Source of the DNA: Rhodothermales bacterium
Lineage (GTDB): Bacteria > Bacteroidota > Rhodothermia > Rhodothermales > Bin80
Direction: 5' to 3'
DNA length: 64,000 nucleotides
Assembly (NCBI GenBank): GCA_965209015.1
Contig: OZ242367.1
Coordinates: forward strand, 566,785-630,784
Positions 1-11,620 of this stretch are shown piece by piece (the first letter of the stretch is position 1; each line of letters opens with the position of its first letter). A model generated the notes under the pieces. That model searched no databases. It saw nothing but the letters and a program-made list of their open reading frames with translations, and was not told the DNA's origin. The position numbers were made by a program, and so were the translations under genes.

Positions 1-101
1 CAGTAATGGTTGGCCCTGTGCCCTTCTGACAGCATTCACATATGCATAATCTAGCCGTTGCTGTCCATCCTCAAATGATGTCGTGATACCGATCAATGGG
101 T

Positions 102-434
102 TCATGGCCGGCTGATGGAGCGTAAGGTCAACCGTCCAGAAGCAGAAGGACCAGCTTTTCTTCGTAGGGCAACAATCATATGACCTTCAGATTTGAGTGC
201 ACCGCTCACATGCTGTGAGAACTGGCCACTATCAATCAACTCCGTCAGGGCAGATTTGATGGTCCGTTTGCCAGAGGCAGAGGTGGACATGCCATGAATT
301 AAGCGTACCGAATTTCGGCCATACCGAGCGGCTTCGGTGAGTAGGCGACGGGTGAGATGCAATGCTTCGTTCACGGTGCACCCATGCAAGTCTAGTTCTG
401 GACGAGCACCATCATCCGTGAGACGAGGCTTCAT
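102..434 (-). CDS. Smr/MutS2 C-terminal domain protein
   Basis: ELDLHGCTVNEA...VRLIHG motif typical of the Smr domain; start overlaps the arsC stop (ATGA). Confidence 0.85.
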   Translation of the reverse strand: MKPRLTDDGARPELDLHGCTVNEALHLTRRLLTEAARYGRNSVRLIHGMSTSASGKRTIKSALTELIDSGQFSQHVSGALKSEGHMIVALRRKAGPSASGRLTLRSISRP

Positions 435-850
435 GACAATGGTGGCTTAAAGTACTCCTCAATCCAAGTATATATCTGATCTCGGACGCTTTGAAACGCC
501 ATAATTCTCTCTTCATCGGCGCCTCTGGCAGCCCGCGGGTCTTCAAAGCGCTGGTGAATATTACTTCTTGCAGGCACAAATGGACAGTTTTCTCTAGCGG
601 AGTCACAAACCGTTACCACTGTATCCAGATTCATGGACAAGAATTCTTTCACATCTTTGGAGGTATGATTCTCAATATTGATTCCGATTTCATGCATGAC
701 CCGAATTGCGAGTGGACTCACGCCGGTTGGTTCGGTCCCAGCACTGTGCACTTCGTAGTGATCCCCATAGAGATGTCTTAATGATCCCTCTGCCATTTGT
801 GAGCGAGACGAATTATGCGTACACACAAACAGCACAATTAATTTATTCAT
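431..850 (-). CDS. arsC: Arsenate reductase ArsC (LMW-PTP fold, thioredoxin-dependent)
   Basis: VLFVCTHNSSRSQMAEG P-loop, SAGTEP, VTVCDSARENCP, FEDP motifs. Confidence 0.9.
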   Translation of the reverse strand: MNKLIVLFVCTHNSSRSQMAEGSLRHLYGDHYEVHSAGTEPTGVSPLAIRVMHEIGINIENHTSKDVKEFLSMNLDTVVTVCDSARENCPFVPARSNIHQRFEDPRAARGADEERIMAFQSVRDQIYTWIEEYFKPPLS

Positions 851-3800
851 TCTGTTTTTTTCTCATTCCATTCCAGGCGAATTTTTTCTACTCCAAATGT
901 AGATGTAAGGGTGGAAATCACCTCGTCATTTGCAGTAACACTGATTTTCTCGCTTAACAATTTTAGTTCCTGATCTTGGGACATGAGCTTAAATATAATC
1001 TTCTTTTCCCCAGAGTTACTTTTACATACTTCAATGAAGTGAGCAAGATCTGTCTCGGTGACAACCTCAAGGTCCAAAGTGATAACAATATTATCCAGAA
1101 ATTTCCCTCGTACAGAACTCAGTGGGAAAAGACGTCGAGCGAGAATTTTAGCAGAACCACTGGCATCTTCAATTTCTCCAGAGGCAGCCACTAGGGCATT
1201 TTCTTGAAGATATTCTCTTACCTCAGAATAGACAGTTGGGAAACAGATCACTTCGGCCTGTCCTGTACGGTCTTCAAGTATAACCGATGACATTGGTTCT
1301 CCCTTACGAGTTTTTCTAAGTTTAACTAGCGTGATGACACCGCAGGCCGTGCGATAGCGTTTTTCATTACTCTTAGATGCAAGAGTGGTGATCTCTCCAA
1401 GCTTTACATCCGAACACGATCGCTGTTCGATTTCCCAACCATCCAATGGATGCCCAGAAATATAAAACCCAGCCAGTTCCCGCTCTTGGGCTAGAATTTC
1501 AGTATGTGACCACTCATTACATGTAGGAAGCTGGGGTTCTGGTCTTGTAGTAAGCGAATCATCCTCAGCAAACAGGAACCCTTGACCATGTTCTTCTTCC
1601 TTCTTTGCGTATTCGGCGTAATGAATGGCGAGATCCAGTGCATTCACGATCTGTGCCCGATGGTCTCCAAATTGATCTAATGCTCCAACACGTGCCAAGG
1701 AGTCCAGAGATTTTTTATTGAGGATCAATGGATCTAATCGCTTCACAAATTCAAAGAGACTACTTGCTGGACCCTTCTCGTCTCGATTGGCAACGATATG
1801 GTCAACTGCGATTTTAGCTACGCCTTTGACGGAAGAGAGACCGAAGTGAATCGTTCCATTTTTGTCAACGGAGAAATTTTCTTTGCTGTGTGTCACCGAG
1901 GGCGGTTGTGGTTTCAACCCCAAGCGTTGGGCCTCGTCCAGCATTGCATTGAATTTTTTGGAGTCTCCTGAGACGTTCGTCATGACGGCCGCCATGAACT
2001 CAGCTTTATGATGAGTTTTGAGATAGGCAGTCTGATATGCAATCAGTGAATAGGCAACACTGTGGCTGTTATGGACCACGAACCCATTGGCAAGGTAGTT
2101 ATGATCCTCCTCTACCGTTAAGTCATAGGTATGTGCATGGCCTACGGGGATCAGTTCCACAATACTATCCCATGTAATTTTTATGCCGGTTTCCAATACA
2201 TAGGTCTCCCCATCTGCGTGACTATGAAGTGCAGATGCCATTCCAGATTTAATGGTTGCGACCTTTTTTCCCGGCCGGAGATCTCCTAGACACTGCCAGC
2301 CCTCTTGTGTATGGAAACGATGTGTAGAGGTCGTACGAATACGATTTCCATTATGGGTAACCAATTCATGGACCTCCTTAAATCCATTGTAATAAACGGC
2401 TTCTATTTTTCTAGGTGCCAGATTACCCTCTGGAGTAAGCGCGTAGACATGGACTCCTTCCCATCCCTCCTCATGAAGCTCACGAACGGGTATCTGTGCC
2501 CCTGTATGTGCATCCACAATCAGAGTGGATTCCTCTATACATTTGTTGAATCCATAGCCCGCAAACTTATCCATCATATCAAAGACTTCGTTGGCAGTGA
2601 CTTGGGGGACACCATTCGAGATTGCCCCTTCAACAAATCGACTGCGTTGGGCTTCCATTTCGGATTTTTTCTTTTTGCCCATCGCACGACGTAAAATATC
2701 TGCTGCACCGAGTGAATAACCACCCATTACCTGCGCTATTTGCATGACTTGTTCCTGAAAAACAGGAATTCCGTAGGTAGATTTCAGTACTGGTTCAAGA
2801 GACTCATGCGGATATTTGATTTGCTCTCGACCGTGTTTACGATCAATATAGTTAGGAATCAAATCCATCGGACCGGGCCGATAGAGGGCATTCATGGCGA
2901 TCAAATCATCCAGCGAAGTAGGTTTCAGTTGAATGAGCCATTTTCGCATCCCATCTGATTCAAATTGGAAAATTGCATTTGTATCTCCTCGCTGAAAGAG
3001 TTCAAGCGTGGGTTCATCATCCAGCGGGAGCGAATCCATATTGGGAGAGCTGCCAGTTCGTTCCTTTATGAGTTCACAGGTGTCCTCAATGATTGTCAGT
3101 GTTGAAAGCCCAAGAAAATCCATCTTGAGCAGACCAAAATCTTCTACCCAATCTCCAGAGTACTGGGTCGTAAGTACCTGCTCATCTTTATTTTTGGTTG
3201 TTGCAACGGGAACATAATCACTCACGATGTCGGGTGCAATAATGACTCCAGCGGCATGTACGCCGGTATGTCGGGCACATCCTTCCAGAACTTTGGAAGC
3301 CTTGAACAATCTGTTGAGATCCTCTCGATCGGACTGGACCAGTTCTTTCAGTTCATCCATAGTGGTCAATGCTTCATCTAAACTGATTTTACCATTGGGA
3401 ATAGACTTGGCGATTTTATCGGCTTCCTGCAGTGGAATCTTGAGCACTCGAGCCACGTCCCGAACTACGGTTCGTGCACCCATGGTCCCGAAGGTAATGA
3501 TCTGACTCACATTTTTTCGCCCATATTTTTGGACCACATAATCAATCACTTTTGCCCGTCCATGATCATCAAAGTCAATGTCAATATCGGGCATGGATGT
3601 ACGTTCAGGATTCAGAAAACGCTCAAACAGCAGGTCGTATTTAAGTGGGTCCACGTTTGTAATTCCGAGGCAATAGGCCACGGCGCTGCCGGCGGCAGAT
3701 CCTCGTCCCGGACCTACTGACACGCCCATTTCGCGGGCGGCGGTAGTGAAATCTTGTACGATTAGAAAATACCCTGCGTACTTCATTTCTTTGATGATGC

Positions 3801-4782
3801 CTAGCTCGTAGAGCAGGCGAGACTGGACCGAGTCAGAAAAATCTGGATAGCGCTTTTTCCCACGTTCAAATACCAGATGTTTTAGGTATTGGTCGGTATC
3901 ATTTCCAAATTCTTCGGGAATTTGGAAATGGGGCATTAGCAGTTTACCCAGCGGTAACTCAAATTGGCACTTATCCGCAATCGCTTGACTGTTTTCCATC
4001 CAGGCAGTAGACTCCAAGCCACTGCCAAGTGTGGCATGCATTTCATCTGCGGACTTCAGATAGAACTCTTTCTTGTCAAAGCGCAGTCGCTGGGGATCAT
4101 TTAAGTCCTTCCCGGTCTGGAGGCAAAGAAGGATATCTTGGGCAAACGCATCCTCTTTCTTCACATAGTGGACATCATTGGTTGCCACCACTTCCAGATT
4201 GAATTCGCTGGCCCATTCGATGAGTGTGTTATTCACCAAGGCCTGTTTGTCAATCCCGTGGTCCTGAATTTCTATGTAGTAATCTTCTGGACCAAATAGA
4301 TCCACATATTTCTTCAGGAGTCGGCGCGCCTCATCCATATTCCCCGCAAGAATTGCCTGAGGAATTTGGCCCTGGAGACAGCAGGTGGATGCCACCAGCC
4401 CCTCGTGATGTTGGGAGAGAAGTTCAAAATCTATTCGGGGTTTGAAGTAAAATCCATCCAGAAACGAAAGGGAGGACAGTTTAATCAGATTTCGATAGCC
4501 CACCTCATTCTTTGCCCATAAGATCTGGTGATACCGCACTCGGTCCTGACGCTCGTTCATTGGACTTGCGCAAAGGTAGAATTCACAGCCAATGATGGGC
4601 TGAATATCATGATTTTTGGCGGTCGTATAAAACTCGGGGACACCATACAGATTACCATGATCGGAAATCCCGAGCGATGTCATTCCAAGCTTTTTCGCCT
4701 GTTTCACAAGTAAGTCAATCCGGGCCGCTCCGTCCAACAGGGAATAGGAGGTATGGCAGTGTAAGTGACAGAATTCGGACAT
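847..4782 (-). CDS. dnaE: DNA polymerase III alpha subunit, intein-containing
   Basis: PHP motif HLHCHTSYSLLDG, GPGRGSAAGS, PDIDIDF, KMDFLGL, ALYRPGP, C-terminal OB fold; the conserved GFNK-SHS motif is split by an insertion. Confidence 0.97.
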   Translation of the reverse strand: MSEFCHLHCHTSYSLLDGAARIDLLVKQAKKLGMTSLGISDHGNLYGVPEFYTTAKNHDIQPIIGCEFYLCASPMNERQDRVRYHQILWAKNEVGYRNLIKLSSLSFLDGFYFKPRIDFELLSQHHEGLVASTCCLQGQIPQAILAGNMDEARRLLKKYVDLFGPEDYYIEIQDHGIDKQALVNNTLIEWASEFNLEVVATNDVHYVKKEDAFAQDILLCLQTGKDLNDPQRLRFDKKEFYLKSADEMHATLGSGLESTAWMENSQAIADKCQFELPLGKLLMPHFQIPEEFGNDTDQYLKHLVFERGKKRYPDFSDSVQSRLLYELGIIKEMKYAGYFLIVQDFTTAAREMGVSVGPGRGSAAGSAVAYCLGITNVDPLKYDLLFERFLNPERTSMPDIDIDFDDHGRAKVIDYVVQKYGRKNVSQIITFGTMGARTVVRDVARVLKIPLQEADKIAKSIPNGKISLDEALTTMDELKELVQSDREDLNRLFKASKVLEGCARHTGVHAAGVIIAPDIVSDYVPVATTKNKDEQVLTTQYSGDWVEDFGLLKMDFLGLSTLTIIEDTCELIKERTGSSPNMDSLPLDDEPTLELFQRGDTNAIFQFESDGMRKWLIQLKPTSLDDLIAMNALYRPGPMDLIPNYIDRKHGREQIKYPHESLEPVLKSTYGIPVFQEQVMQIAQVMGGYSLGAADILRRAMGKKKKSEMEAQRSRFVEGAISNGVPQVTANEVFDMMDKFAGYGFNKCIEESTLIVDAHTGAQIPVRELHEEGWEGVHVYALTPEGNLAPRKIEAVYYNGFKEVHELVTHNGNRIRTTSTHRFHTQEGWQCLGDLRPGKKVATIKSGMASALHSHADGETYVLETGIKITWDSIVELIPVGHAHTYDLTVEEDHNYLANGFVVHNSHSVAYSLIAYQTAYLKTHHKAEFMAAVMTNVSGDSKKFNAMLDEAQRLGLKPQPPSVTHSKENFSVDKNGTIHFGLSSVKGVAKIAVDHIVANRDEKGPASSLFEFVKRLDPLILNKKSLDSLARVGALDQFGDHRAQIVNALDLAIHYAEYAKKEEEHGQGFLFAEDDSLTTRPEPQLPTCNEWSHTEILAQERELAGFYISGHPLDGWEIEQRSCSDVKLGEITTLASKSNEKRYRTACGVITLVKLRKTRKGEPMSSVILEDRTGQAEVICFPTVYSEVREYLQENALVAASGEIEDASGSAKILARRLFPLSSVRGKFLDNIVITLDLEVVTETDLAHFIEVCKSNSGEKKIIFKLMSQDQELKLLSEKISVTANDEVISTLTSTFGVEKIRLEWNEKKTE
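2068..2541 (-). mobile_element. Mini-intein (158 aa, no homing endonuclease) in DnaE
   Basis: Inserted between GYGFNK and SHS; starts with Cys (CIEESTLI), block B TSTH, block F/G TYDLTVEEDHNYLANGFVVHN, +1 Ser. Confidence 0.93.
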
Positions 4783-4890
4783 TATTTACGCGTGGCAATC
4801 TTCAGCAAAAAGTACAATCACGGATGATAAATGTTGGTTGGATCATGATCTCTATAGGCAGACATCAAATCGTAGAACCTGAACTTGCAT

Positions 4891-5454
4891 TTATGTTGAC
4901 AGGTTTTCTTGATCATTTTCAGTCAAGAATTGGGTTGACTTTGCCCCCAAAAAGCTCTGTGCCTCCTGTCGCTTGAAGGCATAGATGGACTGATTCAGTA
5001 TCTGTGTATTAAATACACCAAGCTGGCAGAGTGTATCAAAGTCTTTAATTTTCAGACCTGTGACCTTTGTGAAGAGAGCAGGTTCAACATTACGAATCAC
5101 ATCCACCAGACTTTCCTCTCTGTAATCGGTCAGATACATAAAGATCGGGACTTTGGTTAAAAACTGTAAGAGCGCGTCCTGGATCTCTTTACGGCGTTTA
5201 TTCATCTTGTTACGGATGGATTTTGAGGGTTTTCCTTGCGATTTGGCTTGTTTAATTGATTGTTCTGCGGTGAGGATTTCCGCAGTAATTTTCCGCAATG
5301 AGCGAAAGGCTTCCATGTTTTCCAGTGATTGAAGGAGTTCCTCATTATTGAGGATTGCCTGTAATGCATCCCGACTGAGGTTAATCATCCTTGGTGACTG
5401 CCACCTTCGGGCTAGCATAGCCGATCCAACACCAGATGTTGCAATATCCATCAA
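4891..5454 (-). pseudogene. C-terminal fragment of a restriction endonuclease/helicase-type protein
   Basis: MLARRWQS...FLTKVPIFMYLTDYREESLVDVIRNVEPALFTKVTGL resembles, from memory, the C-terminus of large GIY-YIG/DEAD restriction subunits; no N-terminal domains present. Confidence 0.6.
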
Positions 5455-5858
5455 ATTTGATTCGTCAAATCATTGAATTCTAATTTGGAGCTGCACTTCT
5501 GGAAATAAGTTTAGTTGATTATCCCGCGAAATCTTGAAGATTTAGTCACCCAGAACTGACGTAAATTGAATTTAACAGTCAAAATAGAAGATACGATTTG
5601 TGCTTCACTTTCCCCTCCTTTCTCTTCAAAAAGCGTCCGAAGTTGATTCGTCTCCAACATCGGTCGGAGATCCTCATCCGGCGTGTATTGAGATCAGTGT
5701 GATATCGTATGCTCTCTGTTCAAATTTGGCTGAATCATACTGGTAAACGTGGGTAATCTCTGGGGGAACCAATATCAGTGTAGCAGGATCTATAAGTCAG
5801 TAAGCATTGACCCAAAGAAGAATTCAGTCGTTAGAAAAACAGTAAATTGAAACCAGTT

Positions 5859-7441
5859 GAGCCTCTTTCAAAACTCTTTATTTTCTCCTGTTGTCCCGGC
5901 TGAGTTGCGGCTTAAACTGGTTCAATCTGGTTGGACTACGCGAATTATCGGCGGGGGTTCGGTGTTTTGTGGATTCAACCAGTGTTTTGCCTGCACGGAG
6001 GTCTCTCTTTGGTGAATTTCGTCCTCGATCCGTGTAGATTTCACACACCCCTCCCACGGCTTCTGTAGTTTGAAGCGCCCAAATTCTGTTATGCAGGGGT
6101 TGGATGGCCGGTTTACTGCACCATCCGCAGCATTTGGTCCACCGTGAGTACCACCACACTGAACATCAAATGACAAAGGACTTTCTCGTACCCACGGACT
6201 CGGATATTGTGTCCACCGAACTCATCTTTGAGCCGCCCAAAGGCCCGCTCCACGGTGGAACGCTCCCGGTAGCGAACCCGCTCCGCAGGAATGAATCCGG
6301 CCGTACGTTGTGCCTTTTGCTCGCGACGATCCGCCGCTTTTTTGTTGCGCGGATTCGGATCAATGATCGGTACACGCCCCGAGGCGCTCCGATGTGCGAC
6401 AATCTCCTTCGCGTCATAGGCGCTGTCCATGAGATCGTAACAGTTGTCCACCCGCAGCTGCGTCAAGTGCGCCAAGGGAAGCGCTGCCTGACTATCATGC
6501 AACGAGGCAGAGGTCACCAAACAGCTGATCGGAATCCCTCCGTCCGCCGTATCCATGTGTAGCTTATAGCCCGTCCATCGTTGCGTATGCCCCTTCGCGT
6601 TCCGCTTGCAGCCCACCGTACAATCCTTCGGTAATGCGTCCAACATCTCGCCTAACTCCATCTTCAAACTGCTGCTCCAAGCGACGAGGCACCTTGGGAC
6701 GCTCCTCCCTCTTCTTCGGACGCCCCCGCTTGCGTTGCTTCACGGGGGTGGACATGTCAGCCTTCGGAACCGGACGCTCCCGCGCTTCAATCGCCGTTGA
6801 ATCCCGTGAAATATGCCCCACTAACTCCCCCGCGTACCCCTGTTTGATCAAGGCTTCATGGATCCGAGTCGGTAACTTCGCCGCCGCAAACTCCTGAAAC
6901 GCACGAGAAAACGTGGGCGCACTCGGCACATCACACGAGCGGGACCAACCACAGAGGGACCGAAGCAAAACATCTGATAGAAGCCGCTCCCGCAATCCGG
7001 AGGTCGTCGGAATATTTAACGCCATCTTGGCCAAAAACGACCGCGCAAGACAGACCCGGTGCGCACGCGGGCGTCCCACCGAACGAAGCCGGGGACGAGG
7101 CAGATGATCCTCCACACAGACCAACTCAAATAACAACAACAACTTCCGGAATCGTTTGGGCAACGCTCCATAGTTCTGCTCCACACATGGAAACAACTCC
7201 TGTTGGCAGAAAATATAAAAACCGCGTATCTTCTTGGTAAGGGACATGGGATTCTCCGGGGGTTGTTGGACTTGTAATTCTTCTAAAAATACAAAATTCG
7301 GAGATCCCTGTCCCTTCGTTTGTGACCAAAAAACGATACCTCCCAGGGCAGATCAGCCCCCTAACACTCGCAGTTCCCAGATCCGTCAATCAGCAAAATC
7401 TCTCAAAAAATCATCCAATTGAGGAATTTTGAAAGAGGCTC
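5859..7441 (-). mobile_element. IS element (DDE_Tnp_1 type, IS5/IS1182-like), copy 1
   Basis: TIR GAGCCTCTTTCAAAA at 5859 and TTTTGAAAGAGGCTC ending at 7441; 4-bp target duplication AGTT on both sides. Confidence 0.9.
6113..7247 (-). pseudogene. Transposase, split by a +1 frameshift near 6667 (ORFs 6564..7247 and 6113..6667)
   Basis: GHISRDSTAIEARE, GYKLHMD, DLMDSAYD, RYRERSTVERAFGRLK DDE motifs; copy 2 lacks the extra A (TCTTCAACTGC vs TCTTCAAACTGC). Confidence 0.8.
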
Positions 7442-8531
7442 AGTTAAGTCAAAATCCAGTTGGGCATACTGTGCTGTTGGGTGATGTTCATTAACAGGAG
7501 GCGCGAAAGAGATTCAAGGGTGACTGATTAACAAGGACAATTGGATTACGTTGAGTAAGCGTCGTGCTCCAGTCCAGTATAATCAGAACTTTTAATTTCA
7601 ACGTTATGATTGTGCCATGATACCGACCGTTCAAGAACCGAACAGTCAGCAACTGGAACTTGCGTTTATGGCCGTTTTTGAAGAAAAGTTCAAGGTTCTA
7701 CCGCAATTTGTGTGGGATAAGAAGCATTTTATGAACTAGGGGAATCTGTACAAATGTACATGATTTCGTGTTGGAAAGAGGGACATCAAAACAGTTATCA
7801 AGGTTCCCGAGATGTGTCAGTCACATCGTACCATAGCCTGTAATGCGTTATATTCAATACGATTGAATACCATCATAGAGCTACTTACGGCAAAATCCAA
7901 GAACTCAAAATGATTGGGAGAGGATAAAGAATCTTTGCAATTTTCAGAAATGCGATTCTATTCTTCTTCGGAGAATTCAACCTCCAGCCATAATATTCGC
8001 GGTAGAAAGCAAGTTCAATAATGCCCAAGTTAAACTGATTAATATTCAAGAACGAGATATATTTGAGGACAAAGACGATCTACATGTTATGATCAGCCCC
8101 TCAGCCAAATGCAACATGAAGATCTCTCCAGATTTCAGGTTTTTAAATCCCAAAATATTTCATCATTGCAATAAGCCAGTTGTCCGTTGAACACTTGCAC
8201 CCGTCCATGGCGAATCCCATGATCGCTGATGCTATCCTGTACTGACTCGTGCATCCTTCCTATCGCATTGAACTCTCAGGCAAGTCCATGAGAAAATAAC
8301 TCGTTTGAAAAACTTAAGTTTCACACATATTCCTTCCATGAAACAAAAAACGAAATACATAATTTGATCGAAAATGCTCTAAAATAAATGCTTCTGTCCC
8401 AGTAACACCAATCTAAATTGGCTGGCAATTTCATCTAAAATATGAGAGACAAAAATGTGCATAGAAATACATCCAGAGCACTCCAAGTCAAAAAAAGGGC
8501 TGGCTCTGGCAAATACGAATTCATTGAAAAA

Positions 8532-11500
8532 ATGGGGGGGGGTAGCATTTTGTCGTATCGCTCTTTCCTGATCCTTTTCTTGGTATTTCCAAGTTCGTTG
8601 TGGGCACAAGATACCACACCTCCTACGGTTTCCTCTGCGACGGTGGATGAGACCACCTTGGTGGTGAACTTTAATGAGGGCCTTGCTTCTGTCAGCGGCC
8701 TGACCAATTCTGCTTTCACGGTCGAGAAAACGTCCAGTGGAGGATCCGAAGAAGACCAAACGCTCATCGGCACTCCGACTGTCCGTGGGGAAACGGTGCC
8801 CCCCACATTAAGCAGCGCTGTGATCGCACCTGATATGGAAACGGTAAAGCTAATCTACACGGCTCCAACGGAGTCGGGTGCCAAGCTTCGGGATGCGGAG
8901 GGGAGTGATGTGGTGGATTCTATGGATCTGAAAGTGCTCAATATCTGTTCCCGGAGTGAGGTCGTGAGAGACGCGATTTTGGCTCAGATAACCGAGACTG
9001 TGTCTTGTGGTGAGGTCACGAGTAATGATTTAAAAACTATTACTGTTTTAGATCTCAGTCAGAGGGGTATTACTGAACTGAAGTCTGATGATTTCAATGG
9101 ACTTACCGGCTTAGATACCCTCTCTCTTAATAACAACGATCTTACGGATCTACATCGAAATCTGTTTGATGGACTCGAAAGCTTAGAGCAGCTCAATCTT
9201 AATGACAACGCTCTCACGGATCTACCTCGAGGTCTGTTGGATGGCCTCACCAACTTAGTGACTCTCAGACTTAATAACAACGCTCTCACGGATCTACCTC
9301 GAGGTCTGTTTGATGGCCTCCCCAACTTACGTGAAATCTTCCTTAGTAACAACGCTCTCACGGATCTAGATCCAGATCTGTTTGATGGACTCACTGGCTT
9401 ACATCGGCTCTCCCTTAGTAACAACTCTCTCACGCCAGATCCAGATCTGTTTGATGGACTCACCAGCTTATGGCTGCTTCACCTTGGTAACAACGCTCTC
9501 ACGGATCTACCTCGAGATCTATTTGATGGACTCACCAACTTACGTTGGCTCATTCTTAGTCAGAACTCTCTCACGGATCTAGATCCAGATCTGTTTGATG
9601 GACTCACCAGCTTAATTCGGATCTATCTTGAGGAGAACTCGCTCACGAGTCTACACGAAAATCTATTTGATGGACTCACCAACTTACGTGAACTCTACCT
9701 TAAAAAAAATGCTCTCACGGATCTAGATCCAGATCTATTTGATGGACTCAACTTACGTGAACTCTACCTTCATGAAAACGCTCTCACGAGTCTACACGAA
9801 GATCTGTTTAACGGACTCACCAGCTTAGAGCGGCTATGGCTTCATGAAAACGCTCTCACGGATCTACCCCAAGACCTGTTTGATGGACTCACCAGCTTAG
9901 AGTGGCTTCGACTTGAGTTCAACGCTTTCACGGATCTACACGAAGATCTGTTTGATGGACTCACCAGCTTAGGATTCATTGACCTTGACTTCAACGCTCT
10001 CACGGATCTACCTCCAGATCTGTTTGATGGACTCACCAGCTTAGAGAGCCTGACTCTCCAGAAAAACGCTCTCACGGATCTACCTCCAGATCTGTTTGAT
10101 GGACTCACCAGCTTATCGACTCTTCGGCTTGGGATCAACTCTCTCACGAGTCTACACGAAGATCTATTTGATGGACTCACCAACTTATCGGACCTCAATC
10201 TTCATACCAACAATCTCACGGGGCTGCATCCAGATCTGTTTGATGGACTCACCAGCTTAGATGAGCTCTACCTTTCTGGCAATGCTCTCACGGATCTACA
10301 TCCAGATCTGTTTGATGGACTCACCAGCTTAGATGAGCTCGAGCTTAGTTATAACAATCTCACGAGTCTACACCAAGATCTGTTTGATGGACTCACCAAC
10401 TTAGAGTGGCTTCGACTTGAGTGGAACGCTCTCACGGGGCTGCATCCAGATCTGTTTGATGATGTTGAGGCAAATCCATTTAATGTTAGCGTGGAGGGTA
10501 ATCCCCTTACCTGTGTCCCTGACGAAATACTTAATCAGCAGAATGTTATTATTATTCCCTCCAGTCTTCGCGTTACCTGCCCTGCTCCCTCGGTTACGTT
10601 AAGCACGAACCCTGATACCATTGGCGAGGAAGATGAGGCCACCGAGGTCACCGTAACTGGTACATTAAATGTCTATCAGGCTACCGACACGCCAGTGACG
10701 GTCTCTGTGGGACCGGGTACCGCGACCGCAGGGACTGACTTTTCCGTGGTCTCCGATTTTGTAATCAGCATTCCGGCGAACACTCTGTCTGCCACCGGGA
10801 TGTTCACGCTGGCACCTACTTCGGATACTGTGGATGAGCCAGATGAGACCGTGATGATCACAGGAACCAGCACGGTGGAGAATGTGACCGTTATCGGAAC
10901 CCGTCTCACGATCACCGATGACGAAGATGTACCGGCCGTCACGCTGGTACTGGATCCCTCCACGATTGATGAGAATGGAGGGAAGACGACGGTCACGGCT
11001 ACCTTGAACCGGCCTTCCAGTGCAGTGACGACAATCGCCGTGACAGTGCTTCCCGATGCACCCGCCATGGAGTCGGATTATCAACTGAGTGACAATCAAA
11101 TGCTGATCATTGCAGCAGGAGAGACGGAGAGTACGGGGCTCATAACCATCACGGCGGTGGACAACGAAGTAGATGCGCCGGACAAAGCGGTGCAGGTGCA
11201 AGGGAGGTCTACGAATGCGCAGGGCGTGACAGATCCAGAGGATGTGACACTCACGATCATCGACGATGATACGTCAACGGCGGCAGAGGCACCGACCGAG
11301 CTTCCGACCGTGTTTACTCTCTATGGGAACTATCCGAACCCGTTCAATCCGTCAACAAGGATCCAGTTTGATCTTCCCGAGAGGGCGCAGGTGACGGTGC
11401 AGATCTTAGATGTATTGGGACGTAAAGTAATGGAGTACCCTGCCCAAGCGTTTGATGCGGGTGCGAACCAAACTATTGAATTGAATGCGATTCAGCTTGG

Positions 11501-11585
11501 ATCGGGGACCTACCTATATCGAATGATTGCGGTAGGATCGGAGACCAAATATCAGGAGACGGGTCGCATGATACTGATGAAGTAG
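8532..11585 (+). CDS. Secreted LRR protein 1: signal peptide, SwmB-like domain, Cys-capped block of 20 LRRs, 2 Ig/Calx-beta-like domains, T9SS C-terminal domain
   Basis: ORF 8442..11585, probable start ATG 8532; SLWA|QD signal; 24-aa LxxLxLxxNxLTxLxxDLFDGLTx repeats; GNYPNPFNPSTRIQFDL...GRMILMK T9SS CTD. Confidence 0.88.
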   Translation: MGGGSILSYRSFLILFLVFPSSLWAQDTTPPTVSSATVDETTLVVNFNEGLASVSGLTNSAFTVEKTSSGGSEEDQTLIGTPTVRGETVPPTLSSAVIAPDMETVKLIYTAPTESGAKLRDAEGSDVVDSMDLKVLNICSRSEVVRDAILAQITETVSCGEVTSNDLKTITVLDLSQRGITELKSDDFNGLTGLDTLSLNNNDLTDLHRNLFDGLESLEQLNLNDNALTDLPRGLLDGLTNLVTLRLNNNALTDLPRGLFDGLPNLREIFLSNNALTDLDPDLFDGLTGLHRLSLSNNSLTPDPDLFDGLTSLWLLHLGNNALTDLPRDLFDGLTNLRWLILSQNSLTDLDPDLFDGLTSLIRIYLEENSLTSLHENLFDGLTNLRELYLKKNALTDLDPDLFDGLNLRELYLHENALTSLHEDLFNGLTSLERLWLHENALTDLPQDLFDGLTSLEWLRLEFNAFTDLHEDLFDGLTSLGFIDLDFNALTDLPPDLFDGLTSLESLTLQKNALTDLPPDLFDGLTSLSTLRLGINSLTSLHEDLFDGLTNLSDLNLHTNNLTGLHPDLFDGLTSLDELYLSGNALTDLHPDLFDGLTSLDELELSYNNLTSLHQDLFDGLTNLEWLRLEWNALTGLHPDLFDDVEANPFNVSVEGNPLTCVPDEILNQQNVIIIPSSLRVTCPAPSVTLSTNPDTIGEEDEATEVTVTGTLNVYQATDTPVTVSVGPGTATAGTDFSVVSDFVISIPANTLSATGMFTLAPTSDTVDEPDETVMITGTSTVENVTVIGTRLTITDDEDVPAVTLVLDPSTIDENGGKTTVTATLNRPSSAVTTIAVTVLPDAPAMESDYQLSDNQMLIIAAGETESTGLITITAVDNEVDAPDKAVQVQGRSTNAQGVTDPEDVTLTIIDDDTSTAAEAPTELPTVFTLYGNYPNPFNPSTRIQFDLPERAQVTVQILDVLGRKVMEYPAQAFDAGANQTIELNAIQLGSGTYLYRMIAVGSETKYQETGRMILMK

Positions 11586-11620
11586 GGTATCCAGAGTGGC
11601 TCACCTGCTCGGAATCCAAA

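Noticed and set aside
6660-6672. Programmed frameshift in the IS copy 1 transposase
   Set aside because: Copy 2 lacks the extra A at this site and there is no slippery heptamer; it is a point mutation or sequencing error
7442-8090. Possible coding remnants between the IS and the LRR array (similarly 14200-14650 and 31450-32070)
   Set aside because: Only short stop-interrupted frames with no motif I can recognise
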